Source: an uncultured Gemmatimonadales bacterium (GTDB lineage Bacteria; Gemmatimonadota; Gemmatimonadetes; Gemmatimonadales; GWC2-71-9). Taken from it: DNA of 64,000 nt. The stretch covers positions 1,504,001 through 1,568,000 of the forward strand of contig CAVUAK010000001.1 in the NCBI GenBank assembly GCA_963739455.1. The letters run 5' to 3'. Below are positions 38,353 to 48,245 of this stretch, in pieces; position 1 is the stretch's first letter, and each line of letters begins with the position of its first letter. The position numbers and the translations under genes were made by a program. Under the pieces are notes generated by a model, which saw nothing but the letters and a program-made list of their open reading frames with translations, was not told where the DNA came from and did not search any database.

Positions 38353-41300
38353 GTGTCGACACTTCGAATTTGCCGCTTTAACGCGGCTGCGATTCTCATT
38401 ATGGGTGCCCTCGCCGGCGCCTGCTCCGATACGCCTAGCAGCCCAAGCGGTGACGGCCTCAACCCACCACCAGCGGCTTCGCAGTTCGACATGCTCAATC
38501 TGAGTCCCATGGCCGCCTCCTCGGAGGCAGGAGCTCCGATGGCGCTCCTGATTGCGCCGACAACCTTTTGGGGTGCGGGCATTGGTTCCACGGTGACATG
38601 GAGCGTTCAGTCTGTTGATGGCGCATCCTCCGCCACGCTGCGCGAGGCACAGGACACCGGCACGGTCATGGTTGCGACAACTCCCGGGATGTACCTGCTC
38701 AAGGCGTCGAGCGAAGGTCTCGAGGGCTACAGCTTGATTGAGGTCGTCGAACGCGCGGCGGGCGCCGCGCTCCCAGCGGCGGTTGACAACGATGTGGCGG
38801 CGGCGAAGCTGACTACCCTGCGCATTCAGCCGCGTACTGCTAGCGTTGCTCCGGGCGGCACGATTCAGTTCATGACCAGCTACTCATGGAGTGAACCGTC
38901 CGGCCTGCCGACACTGACCTGGTCGGCATCGGGAGGCACCGCAACAGGAACCTGGGTGCCGGCGGGTGACTGGTATGCTCCTGGTGGGCGCTATGTGGCG
39001 CCATCGACCCCAGGGACCTACCGGGTCGTCGTCAGCTATGGATACGTTGCCGATACGGCGTTGGTCACCGTGGGTGCGGCCTCCGTGAGCTCCGCGGCCT
39101 CGGGGAGCAGCGCGCGACGCTTGATCTCCATTTCGACGACGCCGAGTGCGGTAACGCTGGCGCCTAACGCCACTGTGCTCATTCGTGCGGACTACAAATG
39201 GAATGTCTCGGCCGGGCCCCCGACCCTGAGCTGGACCGCAAGTGGCGGCACAGTGTCGCGCACTTGGGTCCCTGCGAATGGCTGGTATGCGCCGGCTGGC
39301 TTTTACACTGCCCCGGCGCAGCCCGGTAGCTACAGAGTGATCGCGAGCTACTCCAACATCGCGGACACCACCATCGTCACCGTCACTGGCACGCCAGTGC
39401 CAGCCCCGCCGCCGCCGGCTCCTAAGCCGACGCTCACTTTCTCGGCGGTGGTGCTGACCCCGGCGTCCGTGTCGCTGGCGCGTGGCGCGACGCAGCAGTT
39501 CAGTGCCATCGGGCGGATGAGCGACGGGAGCACCTCGAGCGTGGCGGTGACCTGGTCGGCTACAGGGGGGACGGTGTCGGGGACGGGCCTCTATACGGCG
39601 GGGGCGACCGCGGGGACGTACCGGGTGATCGCGGTGCGGCAGGGCGATACGAAGGCGGATACGTCGGCGGTGACGATCACGGTGGCGGCGACGCCGACGT
39701 TGAGCGCGGTGGAAGTGACGCCGGGGAGCGCGTCGGTGGGGACGGGCGGCACACAGCAGTTCAGCGCGCTCGGGCGGATGAGCGACAACAGCACCAGCGC
39801 GGTGACGGTGACGTGGAGTGCGACGGGGGGCACGATCAGCACCGGGGGCCTGTATACCGCGGGCAGCACCGCCGGCGCGTACCGGGTCATCGCGGTGCAG
39901 CAGGGGGGCACGCGGGCGGACACGGCCGCGGTGACGGTGACCGCGCCGGTGACGGGCGGGTTCACGGTGACGATGCCGGAGGGGCCGCGCGTGGTGTTGA
40001 ACACGGCGTATACGGCGCCGACGGGGAGCTCGATCGCTGTGGCGGCGGGGGGCAACCTGCAGGCAGCGTTGAACGGGGCGAGCTGTGGCGATGAGGTGGT
40101 ACTGGCGGCGGGGGCGACGTTCACGGGCAACTTCGTGTTGCCGGCGAAGGGGTGTGGCGCGAGCAACCGGATCCACGTGCGCTCGGCGGGGACGTTGCCG
40201 GCGGAGGGGCAGCGGATGACGCCGGCGCAGGCGGGGAGCCTGGCGAAGCTGGTGTCAGCGAACAGCACCCCGGCGCTCCAGACCGCCTCGGCGGCGAGTG
40301 GGTATCGCGTGATGGGGGTGGAGATCACGGTGAGCGCGGGGGCGGGGACGAACTACGGCATCGTCGCGCTGGGGAACGGCGAGACGACGTTGAGTCAGGT
40401 ACCGACGGATCTGATCCTGGATCGGGTCTACATCCACGGGAACCCGTCGCAGAACGTGCGGCGCGGCGTCGCGCTGAACAGCCGGTCCACCGCAATCATC
40501 GATAGTTATATCAGCGAGATCCATGAGTCGGGGGCCGACAACCAGGCGATCTGCGGCTGGACGGGCCCGGGCCCCTTCAAGATCGAGAACAACTATCTGG
40601 CCGCCGCGGGCCAGAACATCATGTTCGGCGGGTCGGACCCGTCGATCGCGAACCTCTCGCCCTCGGACATCGAGATCCGGCACAATCACCTGTTCAAGCC
40701 GTTGGCGTGGCAGTCGCAGGGCTGGATCGTCAAGAATATCGTGGAGTTCAAGCACGCACAGCGGGTGGTGGTCGAGGGGAACGTGCTGGAGAACCACTGG
40801 GTGGGCGCGCAGGCCGGCTTCGCGGTGGTGATGTTCTCGGTCAACCAGGGCCAGACGGCACCGTGGACGGTGGTGCAGGATATCCTGTGGCGGAACAACG
40901 TGCTGAAGAACATCCCCGCGGGCTTCAACCTCGCGGAGACGAACAGTCACGACAACCAGATCGGACAGTCGGCGCGGCGCATCGCGCTGGTGAACAACCT
41001 GCTCGAGCGTGTGGGCGAGAGCGCGGTCGGGGGCGTGGGCCGCATGGTGCAGGTGCTGGGCGACATCAACGGGGTGGCGGATGTGACGGTCGAGCACAAC
41101 ACGATGGTGTTCTCGACGGCGGGGGGCGCCACGCGCAACTCGTTCCTCATGTTCAGCGGGCCCAAGGCGCCGCGCCTGACCTTCCGCAATAACATCGCGG
41201 AGATGGGCAGCTACGGCATCATCCGCGTGGATGACGTGGGCGGCAGCGGGACGGCGGGCCTCAACAACTCCGCGACGCCGTGGCAAGTCCTGGGCAACGT

Positions 41301-41508
41301 GTTCGCCGGGAGCACGAGTGGGAACGCGTACCCCAGCGGGAATCCCGTGGCGGCGAGCACCAGTGTGGTCGGCTTCAGCAACGCCAGTGGCAGCGACTAC
41401 AGCCTGAGCGCCAGTTCCAGCTATCGCGGGCAGGCCACCGATGGCACCGACCCCGGCTACAATCGCGCCGCCCTCCTCACCGCCACCCAAGGGGTCGTCC
41501 TCCCCTGA
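38353..41508 (+). CDS. large lipoprotein: 4 clear (+1 degenerate) Ig-like repeats + C-terminal right-handed beta-helix domain
   Basis: LAGAC lipobox; repeats with W.A.GG...G.YTA..T.GTYRV..ADT; Asn/Ile-rich beta-helix-type repeats (IENN, IRHN, VEGN, WRNN, VEHN, FRNN). Confidence 0.85.
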   Translation: MSTLRICRFNAAAILIMGALAGACSDTPSSPSGDGLNPPPAASQFDMLNLSPMAASSEAGAPMALLIAPTTFWGAGIGSTVTWSVQSVDGASSATLREAQDTGTVMVATTPGMYLLKASSEGLEGYSLIEVVERAAGAALPAAVDNDVAAAKLTTLRIQPRTASVAPGGTIQFMTSYSWSEPSGLPTLTWSASGGTATGTWVPAGDWYAPGGRYVAPSTPGTYRVVVSYGYVADTALVTVGAASVSSAASGSSARRLISISTTPSAVTLAPNATVLIRADYKWNVSAGPPTLSWTASGGTVSRTWVPANGWYAPAGFYTAPAQPGSYRVIASYSNIADTTIVTVTGTPVPAPPPPAPKPTLTFSAVVLTPASVSLARGATQQFSAIGRMSDGSTSSVAVTWSATGGTVSGTGLYTAGATAGTYRVIAVRQGDTKADTSAVTITVAATPTLSAVEVTPGSASVGTGGTQQFSALGRMSDNSTSAVTVTWSATGGTISTGGLYTAGSTAGAYRVIAVQQGGTRADTAAVTVTAPVTGGFTVTMPEGPRVVLNTAYTAPTGSSIAVAAGGNLQAALNGASCGDEVVLAAGATFTGNFVLPAKGCGASNRIHVRSAGTLPAEGQRMTPAQAGSLAKLVSANSTPALQTASAASGYRVMGVEITVSAGAGTNYGIVALGNGETTLSQVPTDLILDRVYIHGNPSQNVRRGVALNSRSTAIIDSYISEIHESGADNQAICGWTGPGPFKIENNYLAAAGQNIMFGGSDPSIANLSPSDIEIRHNHLFKPLAWQSQGWIVKNIVEFKHAQRVVVEGNVLENHWVGAQAGFAVVMFSVNQGQTAPWTVVQDILWRNNVLKNIPAGFNLAETNSHDNQIGQSARRIALVNNLLERVGESAVGGVGRMVQVLGDINGVADVTVEHNTMVFSTAGGATRNSFLMFSGPKAPRLTFRNNIAEMGSYGIIRVDDVGGSGTAGLNNSATPWQVLGNVFAGSTSGNAYPSGNPVAASTSVVGFSNASGSDYSLSASSSYRGQATDGTDPGYNRAALLTATQGVVLP

Positions 41509-41567
41509 ACTCCCCGAACGGCGAACGCATGATCCCGGACCCCGCCACCCACATGGGTGCCGGGGTC
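39484..41567 (+). repeat. long direct repeat, copy 1 (2084 bp shared with 44012..46095; 39915..41508 also shared with 46627..48220)
   Basis: constant offsets of 4528 and 6712 bp; main and shadow ORF translations are identical across copies. Confidence 0.95.
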
Positions 41568-42007
41568 CGTAGGCTTCTGGACAGGTGGCCAATTGAACTT
41601 CCATGAGGAACCAAGCGGCAGTGTCACTTCACTGTAGCAAAGAAATGACACTAAAAGCATCCGTGAATTTGGGGAGTTGGCAGCCAGTCAAGATGCTACC
41701 GTGCAATAACTTTCGCAAAAATTGTGTGAGCTCCATCACAATGTTTGGCGTCAAGAACTTAAACATTGCAAGCGACCCTGCAGTGCCTGTAGGTTTTCCC
41801 CGTTCGTAACGCCCAAAAACTGTTTTTCAGGCACGCTGCCTCAGAGCAAGGCCGTCGAAAGGCGGCTACGCAGAGCCACGGAGCTAAGGTGCTCAGTCGA
41901 GCACTAAGCCAGCCGAGCCGCCGGCGAGCCGATCTCATCGATTGAGGTCGTGCTGTCCGGCGGCTCGATCGTATTGACTGGTCAATCTGCGATCCCGTCG
42001 GGGTGCC

Positions 42008-45000
42008 TTGATGGTGACCACTAGCTTCGAGTCACGGCTGATTGCCCGGATCCAACGGGCGTGCGTTGCTGCGATCCTCGCGGCCTCAGTGTCATGCACC
42101 CTCCAGGAGCCGGTCGTAACTGACCCCCTTGATCCGCCGGACGCCACGGCTGATACACTCGCCATTTCGCCCCAGAATGCCTCGGTTGCCACAGGAGACT
42201 CCATCACCTTTGCAGCTCCTGGTGAGACTGTGGTTGGCACGCCCGTTTCTGGGCCAGTCGAATGGACAGTCTCAGGTGGCACCGGTGCCTCGGTTACGAG
42301 CGCCGGAACCTTCCGCGCTTCAGCGGGTGGCGACTATGTGGTGCAGGCGGCCCGCGCCGGCCACTCGGGTCGGTCACGAGTGCACGTTTCCGGCTCCTCA
42401 TCGGCGCTCTCCTCAGTCAGGATCGCGCCCAACGTTCTCACTCTGCAACCAGGCGCCGCCTTCACTCTTGCGGTGTCGGGCTTGCTGCCGGACGGGACGG
42501 TGGTCCCGGTCAGCGGCAATTGGACGGCGACGGGAGGAACGATCACTTCGGGTGGGCGCTATACCGCAGGGAGTGCTCTGGGCACGTTCCGCGTCGTTGT
42601 TACGCAGCAGGGCGGCACGCTCGCTGATACCTCTGCCATTACGATTTCGAGTGCTGCGCCCACACTCACCGCGATCGAGCTTTCCCCACCCACCGTCAGT
42701 CTGTTACCGAGTGCATCACAGCAATTCAGCGCGATTGCACGGATGAGTGATGGCAGCACCGGAACCGCATCAATAGCCTGGAGTGCAACGGGAGGTACCA
42801 TCAGCTCCTCGGGGCTCTATCAGGCTGGGGCGACGACCGGCACGTTCCGCGTTGTTGCAGCGCAGCAGGGTGGCACCAAGGCCGACACCGCCGTCGTCAC
42901 CATTACTGCCCCGCCGCCCACACTTCAGGCCATCGAGGTGAGTCCGGGCAGCGTGAGCCTCGCGCCGAGCGCGTCGCAACAGTTCTCTGCTGTCGGACGC
43001 ATGAGCAACGGAACGTCATCGAGCGTGACGGTCTCGTGGTCGGCCACGGGTGGCACAATCACTTCGACGGGCGCGTACGTCGCCGGTTCAATCGCCGGAA
43101 CGTTCCGAGTGATCGCGGCACAGCAAGGTGGCGCGAAGGCCGATACTGCAAACGTGACCATTACCGCCGTGACGCCTCCCCCAACGGTCACACTGCAGGC
43201 CGTCGTGGTCTCGCCGGTGAACGCGAGCCTGGAGACGGGCGACACGCAGCAATTCTCGGCGGCTGGCCGGATGAGTGACGGCAGTACTTCGAGTCTTGCG
43301 GTGGCTTGGTCTGCTACGGGCGGCAGCATCTCGAGCGCCGGGCTGTACACGGCGGGCAGCACGGCGGGCAACTATTCGGTAGTTGCGAGACAGCAAGGCG
43401 GCACGTTGGCAGATACGTCGCTGGTGACGGTTACGGTGCCGGCGCCTACGCTGCAGGCGATTGTCATCTCACCGGCATCTATCGCACTGACGACCGGCGC
43501 TTCACAGCAGTTTTCGGCGACGGGGCGGATGAGCGATGGAAGCACGGGGAGCGTGTCGGTCACCTATTCGGCCACCGGCGGCTCCGTGAATGCAGCCGGT
43601 CTCTTTACCGCTGGTACGGTTGCGGGCTCATACCGGGTTATTGCCGTGCAGCAGGGCGGGTCGAAGGCCGATACGGCGGCGGTGACGATTGCTGTACCGG
43701 CGCCGACCCTGAGCGCGATCGAGATCTCACCGGGTTCCGTGAGTCTGGTCACGGGTGGATCCCAGCAGTTCTCTGCCGTCGGCCGGATGAGCGATGGGAG
43801 TACGGCGAGCATCCCGATCTCGTGGAACGCCACCGGTGGCACCGTCAGCTCGAGCGGGGCCTATGTGGCTGGTAATACTACCGGGACGTTCCGCGTCATT
43901 GCCGGGCAGCAGGGCGGCACGAGGGCGGATACATCTGCCGTTACCATCACCGCTCCTGCGCCGACATTCACCGCAGTTGAGGTGACTCCAGCAACTGCTA
44001 CCGTCGCGGCAGGCGCGACGCAGCAGTTCAGTGCCATCGGGCGGATGAGCGACGGGAGCACCTCGAGCGTGGCGGTGACCTGGTCGGCTACAGGGGGGAC
44101 GGTGTCGGGGACGGGCCTCTATACGGCGGGGGCGACCGCGGGGACGTACCGGGTGATCGCGGTGCGGCAGGGCGATACGAAGGCGGATACGTCGGCGGTG
44201 ACGATCACGGTGGCGGCGACGCCGACGTTGAGCGCGGTGGAAGTGACGCCGGGGAGCGCGTCGGTGGGGACGGGCGGCACACAGCAGTTCAGCGCGCTCG
44301 GGCGGATGAGCGACAACAGCACCAGCGCGGTGACGGTGACGTGGAGTGCGACGGGGGGCACGATCAGCACCGGGGGCCTGTATACCGCGGGCAGCACCGC
44401 CGGCGCGTACCGGGTCATCGCGGTGCAGCAGGGGGGCACGCGGGCGGACACGGCCGCGGTGACGGTGACCGCGCCGGTGACGGGCGGGTTCACGGTGACG
44501 ATGCCGGAGGGGCCGCGCGTGGTGTTGAACACGGCGTATACGGCGCCGACGGGGAGCTCGATCGCTGTGGCGGCGGGGGGCAACCTGCAGGCAGCGTTGA
44601 ACGGGGCGAGCTGTGGCGATGAGGTGGTACTGGCGGCGGGGGCGACGTTCACGGGCAACTTCGTGTTGCCGGCGAAGGGGTGTGGCGCGAGCAACCGGAT
44701 CCACGTGCGCTCGGCGGGGACGTTGCCGGCGGAGGGGCAGCGGATGACGCCGGCGCAGGCGGGGAGCCTGGCGAAGCTGGTGTCAGCGAACAGCACCCCG
44801 GCGCTCCAGACCGCCTCGGCGGCGAGTGGGTATCGCGTGATGGGGGTGGAGATCACGGTGAGCGCGGGGGCGGGGACGAACTACGGCATCGTCGCGCTGG
44901 GGAACGGCGAGACGACGTTGAGTCAGGTACCGACGGATCTGATCCTGGATCGGGTCTACATCCACGGGAACCCGTCGCAGAACGTGCGGCGCGGCGTCGC

Positions 45001-46036
45001 GCTGAACAGCCGGTCCACCGCAATCATCGATAGTTATATCAGCGAGATCCATGAGTCGGGGGCCGACAACCAGGCGATCTGCGGCTGGACGGGCCCGGGC
45101 CCCTTCAAGATCGAGAACAACTATCTGGCCGCCGCGGGCCAGAACATCATGTTCGGCGGGTCGGACCCGTCGATCGCGAACCTCTCGCCCTCGGACATCG
45201 AGATCCGGCACAATCACCTGTTCAAGCCGTTGGCGTGGCAGTCGCAGGGCTGGATCGTCAAGAATATCGTGGAGTTCAAGCACGCACAGCGGGTGGTGGT
45301 CGAGGGGAACGTGCTGGAGAACCACTGGGTGGGCGCGCAGGCCGGCTTCGCGGTGGTGATGTTCTCGGTCAACCAGGGCCAGACGGCACCGTGGACGGTG
45401 GTGCAGGATATCCTGTGGCGGAACAACGTGCTGAAGAACATCCCCGCGGGCTTCAACCTCGCGGAGACGAACAGTCACGACAACCAGATCGGACAGTCGG
45501 CGCGGCGCATCGCGCTGGTGAACAACCTGCTCGAGCGTGTGGGCGAGAGCGCGGTCGGGGGCGTGGGCCGCATGGTGCAGGTGCTGGGCGACATCAACGG
45601 GGTGGCGGATGTGACGGTCGAGCACAACACGATGGTGTTCTCGACGGCGGGGGGCGCCACGCGCAACTCGTTCCTCATGTTCAGCGGGCCCAAGGCGCCG
45701 CGCCTGACCTTCCGCAATAACATCGCGGAGATGGGCAGCTACGGCATCATCCGCGTGGATGACGTGGGCGGCAGCGGGACGGCGGGCCTCAACAACTCCG
45801 CGACGCCGTGGCAAGTCCTGGGCAACGTGTTCGCCGGGAGCACGAGTGGGAACGCGTACCCCAGCGGGAATCCCGTGGCGGCGAGCACCAGTGTGGTCGG
45901 CTTCAGCAACGCCAGTGGCAGCGACTACAGCCTGAGCGCCAGTTCCAGCTATCGCGGGCAGGCCACCGATGGCACCGACCCCGGCTACAATCGCGCCGCC
46001 CTCCTCACCGCCACCCAAGGGGTCGTCCTCCCCTGA
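42008..46036 (+). CDS. large lipoprotein: 9 Ig-like repeats + the same C-terminal beta-helix domain
   Basis: signal ending AILAASVSC; nine roughly 86-aa repeats (L.A.E.SP...QQFSA.GRMSDG); C-terminus identical to 38353..41508. Confidence 0.87.
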   Translation: MMVTTSFESRLIARIQRACVAAILAASVSCTLQEPVVTDPLDPPDATADTLAISPQNASVATGDSITFAAPGETVVGTPVSGPVEWTVSGGTGASVTSAGTFRASAGGDYVVQAARAGHSGRSRVHVSGSSSALSSVRIAPNVLTLQPGAAFTLAVSGLLPDGTVVPVSGNWTATGGTITSGGRYTAGSALGTFRVVVTQQGGTLADTSAITISSAAPTLTAIELSPPTVSLLPSASQQFSAIARMSDGSTGTASIAWSATGGTISSSGLYQAGATTGTFRVVAAQQGGTKADTAVVTITAPPPTLQAIEVSPGSVSLAPSASQQFSAVGRMSNGTSSSVTVSWSATGGTITSTGAYVAGSIAGTFRVIAAQQGGAKADTANVTITAVTPPPTVTLQAVVVSPVNASLETGDTQQFSAAGRMSDGSTSSLAVAWSATGGSISSAGLYTAGSTAGNYSVVARQQGGTLADTSLVTVTVPAPTLQAIVISPASIALTTGASQQFSATGRMSDGSTGSVSVTYSATGGSVNAAGLFTAGTVAGSYRVIAVQQGGSKADTAAVTIAVPAPTLSAIEISPGSVSLVTGGSQQFSAVGRMSDGSTASIPISWNATGGTVSSSGAYVAGNTTGTFRVIAGQQGGTRADTSAVTITAPAPTFTAVEVTPATATVAAGATQQFSAIGRMSDGSTSSVAVTWSATGGTVSGTGLYTAGATAGTYRVIAVRQGDTKADTSAVTITVAATPTLSAVEVTPGSASVGTGGTQQFSALGRMSDNSTSAVTVTWSATGGTISTGGLYTAGSTAGAYRVIAVQQGGTRADTAAVTVTAPVTGGFTVTMPEGPRVVLNTAYTAPTGSSIAVAAGGNLQAALNGASCGDEVVLAAGATFTGNFVLPAKGCGASNRIHVRSAGTLPAEGQRMTPAQAGSLAKLVSANSTPALQTASAASGYRVMGVEITVSAGAGTNYGIVALGNGETTLSQVPTDLILDRVYIHGNPSQNVRRGVALNSRSTAIIDSYISEIHESGADNQAICGWTGPGPFKIENNYLAAAGQNIMFGGSDPSIANLSPSDIEIRHNHLFKPLAWQSQGWIVKNIVEFKHAQRVVVEGNVLENHWVGAQAGFAVVMFSVNQGQTAPWTVVQDILWRNNVLKNIPAGFNLAETNSHDNQIGQSARRIALVNNLLERVGESAVGGVGRMVQVLGDINGVADVTVEHNTMVFSTAGGATRNSFLMFSGPKAPRLTFRNNIAEMGSYGIIRVDDVGGSGTAGLNNSATPWQVLGNVFAGSTSGNAYPSGNPVAASTSVVGFSNASGSDYSLSASSSYRGQATDGTDPGYNRAALLTATQGVVLP

Positions 46037-46095
46037 ACTCCCCGAACGGCGAACGCATGATCCCGGACCCCGCCACCCACATGGGTGCCGGGGTC
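44012..46095 (+). repeat. long direct repeat, copy 2
   Basis: matches 39484..41567, including the stop codon and downstream hairpin. Confidence 0.95.
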
Positions 46096-46103
46096 GTTTT
46101 GTT
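46066..46103 (+). terminator. intrinsic terminator after the second lipoprotein gene
   Basis: gaccccg-ccaccc-acat-gggtgc-cggggtc followed by gttttgtt; the same hairpin without a T-tract is at 41538..41567. Confidence 0.65.
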
Positions 46104-46300
46104 CCTGCTCCACGATACGCTCCTATCACGGCGATTGTGGCCCCCCGAGCCCCATGACGGTACAGTGAATGCAACGTTGGAATGGGTTGGCCGTTGCTGC
46201 TCTAGCCCTCTCAGGCCTAATGCCGTGGCGCAGGCGGAATACAAGGGGCAACGGCGGCCAATGGCTATCTTGAACTGGATCTCCTCGGGGCGGAGGTGTT

Positions 46301-48220
46301 ATGAGTGCAGGAATCTTCACTAAGGTTGGGCGACCGGTGTGCATCCTGGCAGCCGTGGCCCTCATTGCCTGCGCGCAATCCGATGCACTATCGGATGGCC
46401 TCAGCCCACTTGTCTCCAGTGTTGAGATCACCCCTGCCTCAGTCAGCCTTGCCGTGAGCGGCGTTCAGCAGTTCAGCGTGCGCGCGACTTATGTCGATGG
46501 CTCGACGGGCGTCGAAACCGTCACCTGGTCCGCAACCGGCGGCACTATGTCGCAGTCAGGGTCTTACACGGCAGGCTCTGTCCCGGGATCATACTCCGCG
46601 ATTGCAGTGCATGCCGTGAGCGGGAAGGCGGACACGGCCGCGGTGACGGTGACCGCGCCGGTGACGGGCGGGTTCACGGTGACGATGCCGGAGGGGCCGC
46701 GCGTGGTGTTGAACACGGCGTATACGGCGCCGACGGGGAGCTCGATCGCTGTGGCGGCGGGGGGCAACCTGCAGGCAGCGTTGAACGGGGCGAGCTGTGG
46801 CGATGAGGTGGTACTGGCGGCGGGGGCGACGTTCACGGGCAACTTCGTGTTGCCGGCGAAGGGGTGTGGCGCGAGCAACCGGATCCACGTGCGCTCGGCG
46901 GGGACGTTGCCGGCGGAGGGGCAGCGGATGACGCCGGCGCAGGCGGGGAGCCTGGCGAAGCTGGTGTCAGCGAACAGCACCCCGGCGCTCCAGACCGCCT
47001 CGGCGGCGAGTGGGTATCGCGTGATGGGGGTGGAGATCACGGTGAGCGCGGGGGCGGGGACGAACTACGGCATCGTCGCGCTGGGGAACGGCGAGACGAC
47101 GTTGAGTCAGGTACCGACGGATCTGATCCTGGATCGGGTCTACATCCACGGGAACCCGTCGCAGAACGTGCGGCGCGGCGTCGCGCTGAACAGCCGGTCC
47201 ACCGCAATCATCGATAGTTATATCAGCGAGATCCATGAGTCGGGGGCCGACAACCAGGCGATCTGCGGCTGGACGGGCCCGGGCCCCTTCAAGATCGAGA
47301 ACAACTATCTGGCCGCCGCGGGCCAGAACATCATGTTCGGCGGGTCGGACCCGTCGATCGCGAACCTCTCGCCCTCGGACATCGAGATCCGGCACAATCA
47401 CCTGTTCAAGCCGTTGGCGTGGCAGTCGCAGGGCTGGATCGTCAAGAATATCGTGGAGTTCAAGCACGCACAGCGGGTGGTGGTCGAGGGGAACGTGCTG
47501 GAGAACCACTGGGTGGGCGCGCAGGCCGGCTTCGCGGTGGTGATGTTCTCGGTCAACCAGGGCCAGACGGCACCGTGGACGGTGGTGCAGGATATCCTGT
47601 GGCGGAACAACGTGCTGAAGAACATCCCCGCGGGCTTCAACCTCGCGGAGACGAACAGTCACGACAACCAGATCGGACAGTCGGCGCGGCGCATCGCGCT
47701 GGTGAACAACCTGCTCGAGCGTGTGGGCGAGAGCGCGGTCGGGGGCGTGGGCCGCATGGTGCAGGTGCTGGGCGACATCAACGGGGTGGCGGATGTGACG
47801 GTCGAGCACAACACGATGGTGTTCTCGACGGCGGGGGGCGCCACGCGCAACTCGTTCCTCATGTTCAGCGGGCCCAAGGCGCCGCGCCTGACCTTCCGCA
47901 ATAACATCGCGGAGATGGGCAGCTACGGCATCATCCGCGTGGATGACGTGGGCGGCAGCGGGACGGCGGGCCTCAACAACTCCGCGACGCCGTGGCAAGT
48001 CCTGGGCAACGTGTTCGCCGGGAGCACGAGTGGGAACGCGTACCCCAGCGGGAATCCCGTGGCGGCGAGCACCAGTGTGGTCGGCTTCAGCAACGCCAGT
48101 GGCAGCGACTACAGCCTGAGCGCCAGTTCCAGCTATCGCGGGCAGGCCACCGATGGCACCGACCCCGGCTACAATCGCGCCGCCCTCCTCACCGCCACCC
48201 AAGGGGTCGTCCTCCCCTGA
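46301..48220 (+). CDS. lipoprotein: 1 Ig-like repeat + the same C-terminal beta-helix domain
   Basis: GGAGG RBS; ALIAC lipobox; identical to the other two from ADTAAVTVTAP to the stop. Confidence 0.87.
   Translation: MSAGIFTKVGRPVCILAAVALIACAQSDALSDGLSPLVSSVEITPASVSLAVSGVQQFSVRATYVDGSTGVETVTWSATGGTMSQSGSYTAGSVPGSYSAIAVHAVSGKADTAAVTVTAPVTGGFTVTMPEGPRVVLNTAYTAPTGSSIAVAAGGNLQAALNGASCGDEVVLAAGATFTGNFVLPAKGCGASNRIHVRSAGTLPAEGQRMTPAQAGSLAKLVSANSTPALQTASAASGYRVMGVEITVSAGAGTNYGIVALGNGETTLSQVPTDLILDRVYIHGNPSQNVRRGVALNSRSTAIIDSYISEIHESGADNQAICGWTGPGPFKIENNYLAAAGQNIMFGGSDPSIANLSPSDIEIRHNHLFKPLAWQSQGWIVKNIVEFKHAQRVVVEGNVLENHWVGAQAGFAVVMFSVNQGQTAPWTVVQDILWRNNVLKNIPAGFNLAETNSHDNQIGQSARRIALVNNLLERVGESAVGGVGRMVQVLGDINGVADVTVEHNTMVFSTAGGATRNSFLMFSGPKAPRLTFRNNIAEMGSYGIIRVDDVGGSGTAGLNNSATPWQVLGNVFAGSTSGNAYPSGNPVAASTSVVGFSNASGSDYSLSASSSYRGQATDGTDPGYNRAALLTATQGVVLP
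46627..48220 (+). repeat. long direct repeat, copy 3 (1594 bp)
   Basis: matches 39915..41508 and 44443..46036; ends exactly at TGA. Confidence 0.95.
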
Positions 48221-48245
48221 GCCCGCGGCGCCCGAGTGGCAATGC

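Noticed and set aside
39484..48220. Diversity-generating retroelement or shufflon
   Set aside because: No reverse transcriptase or recombinase, no adenine-specific differences seen between copies, and the repeats are direct and gene-sized.
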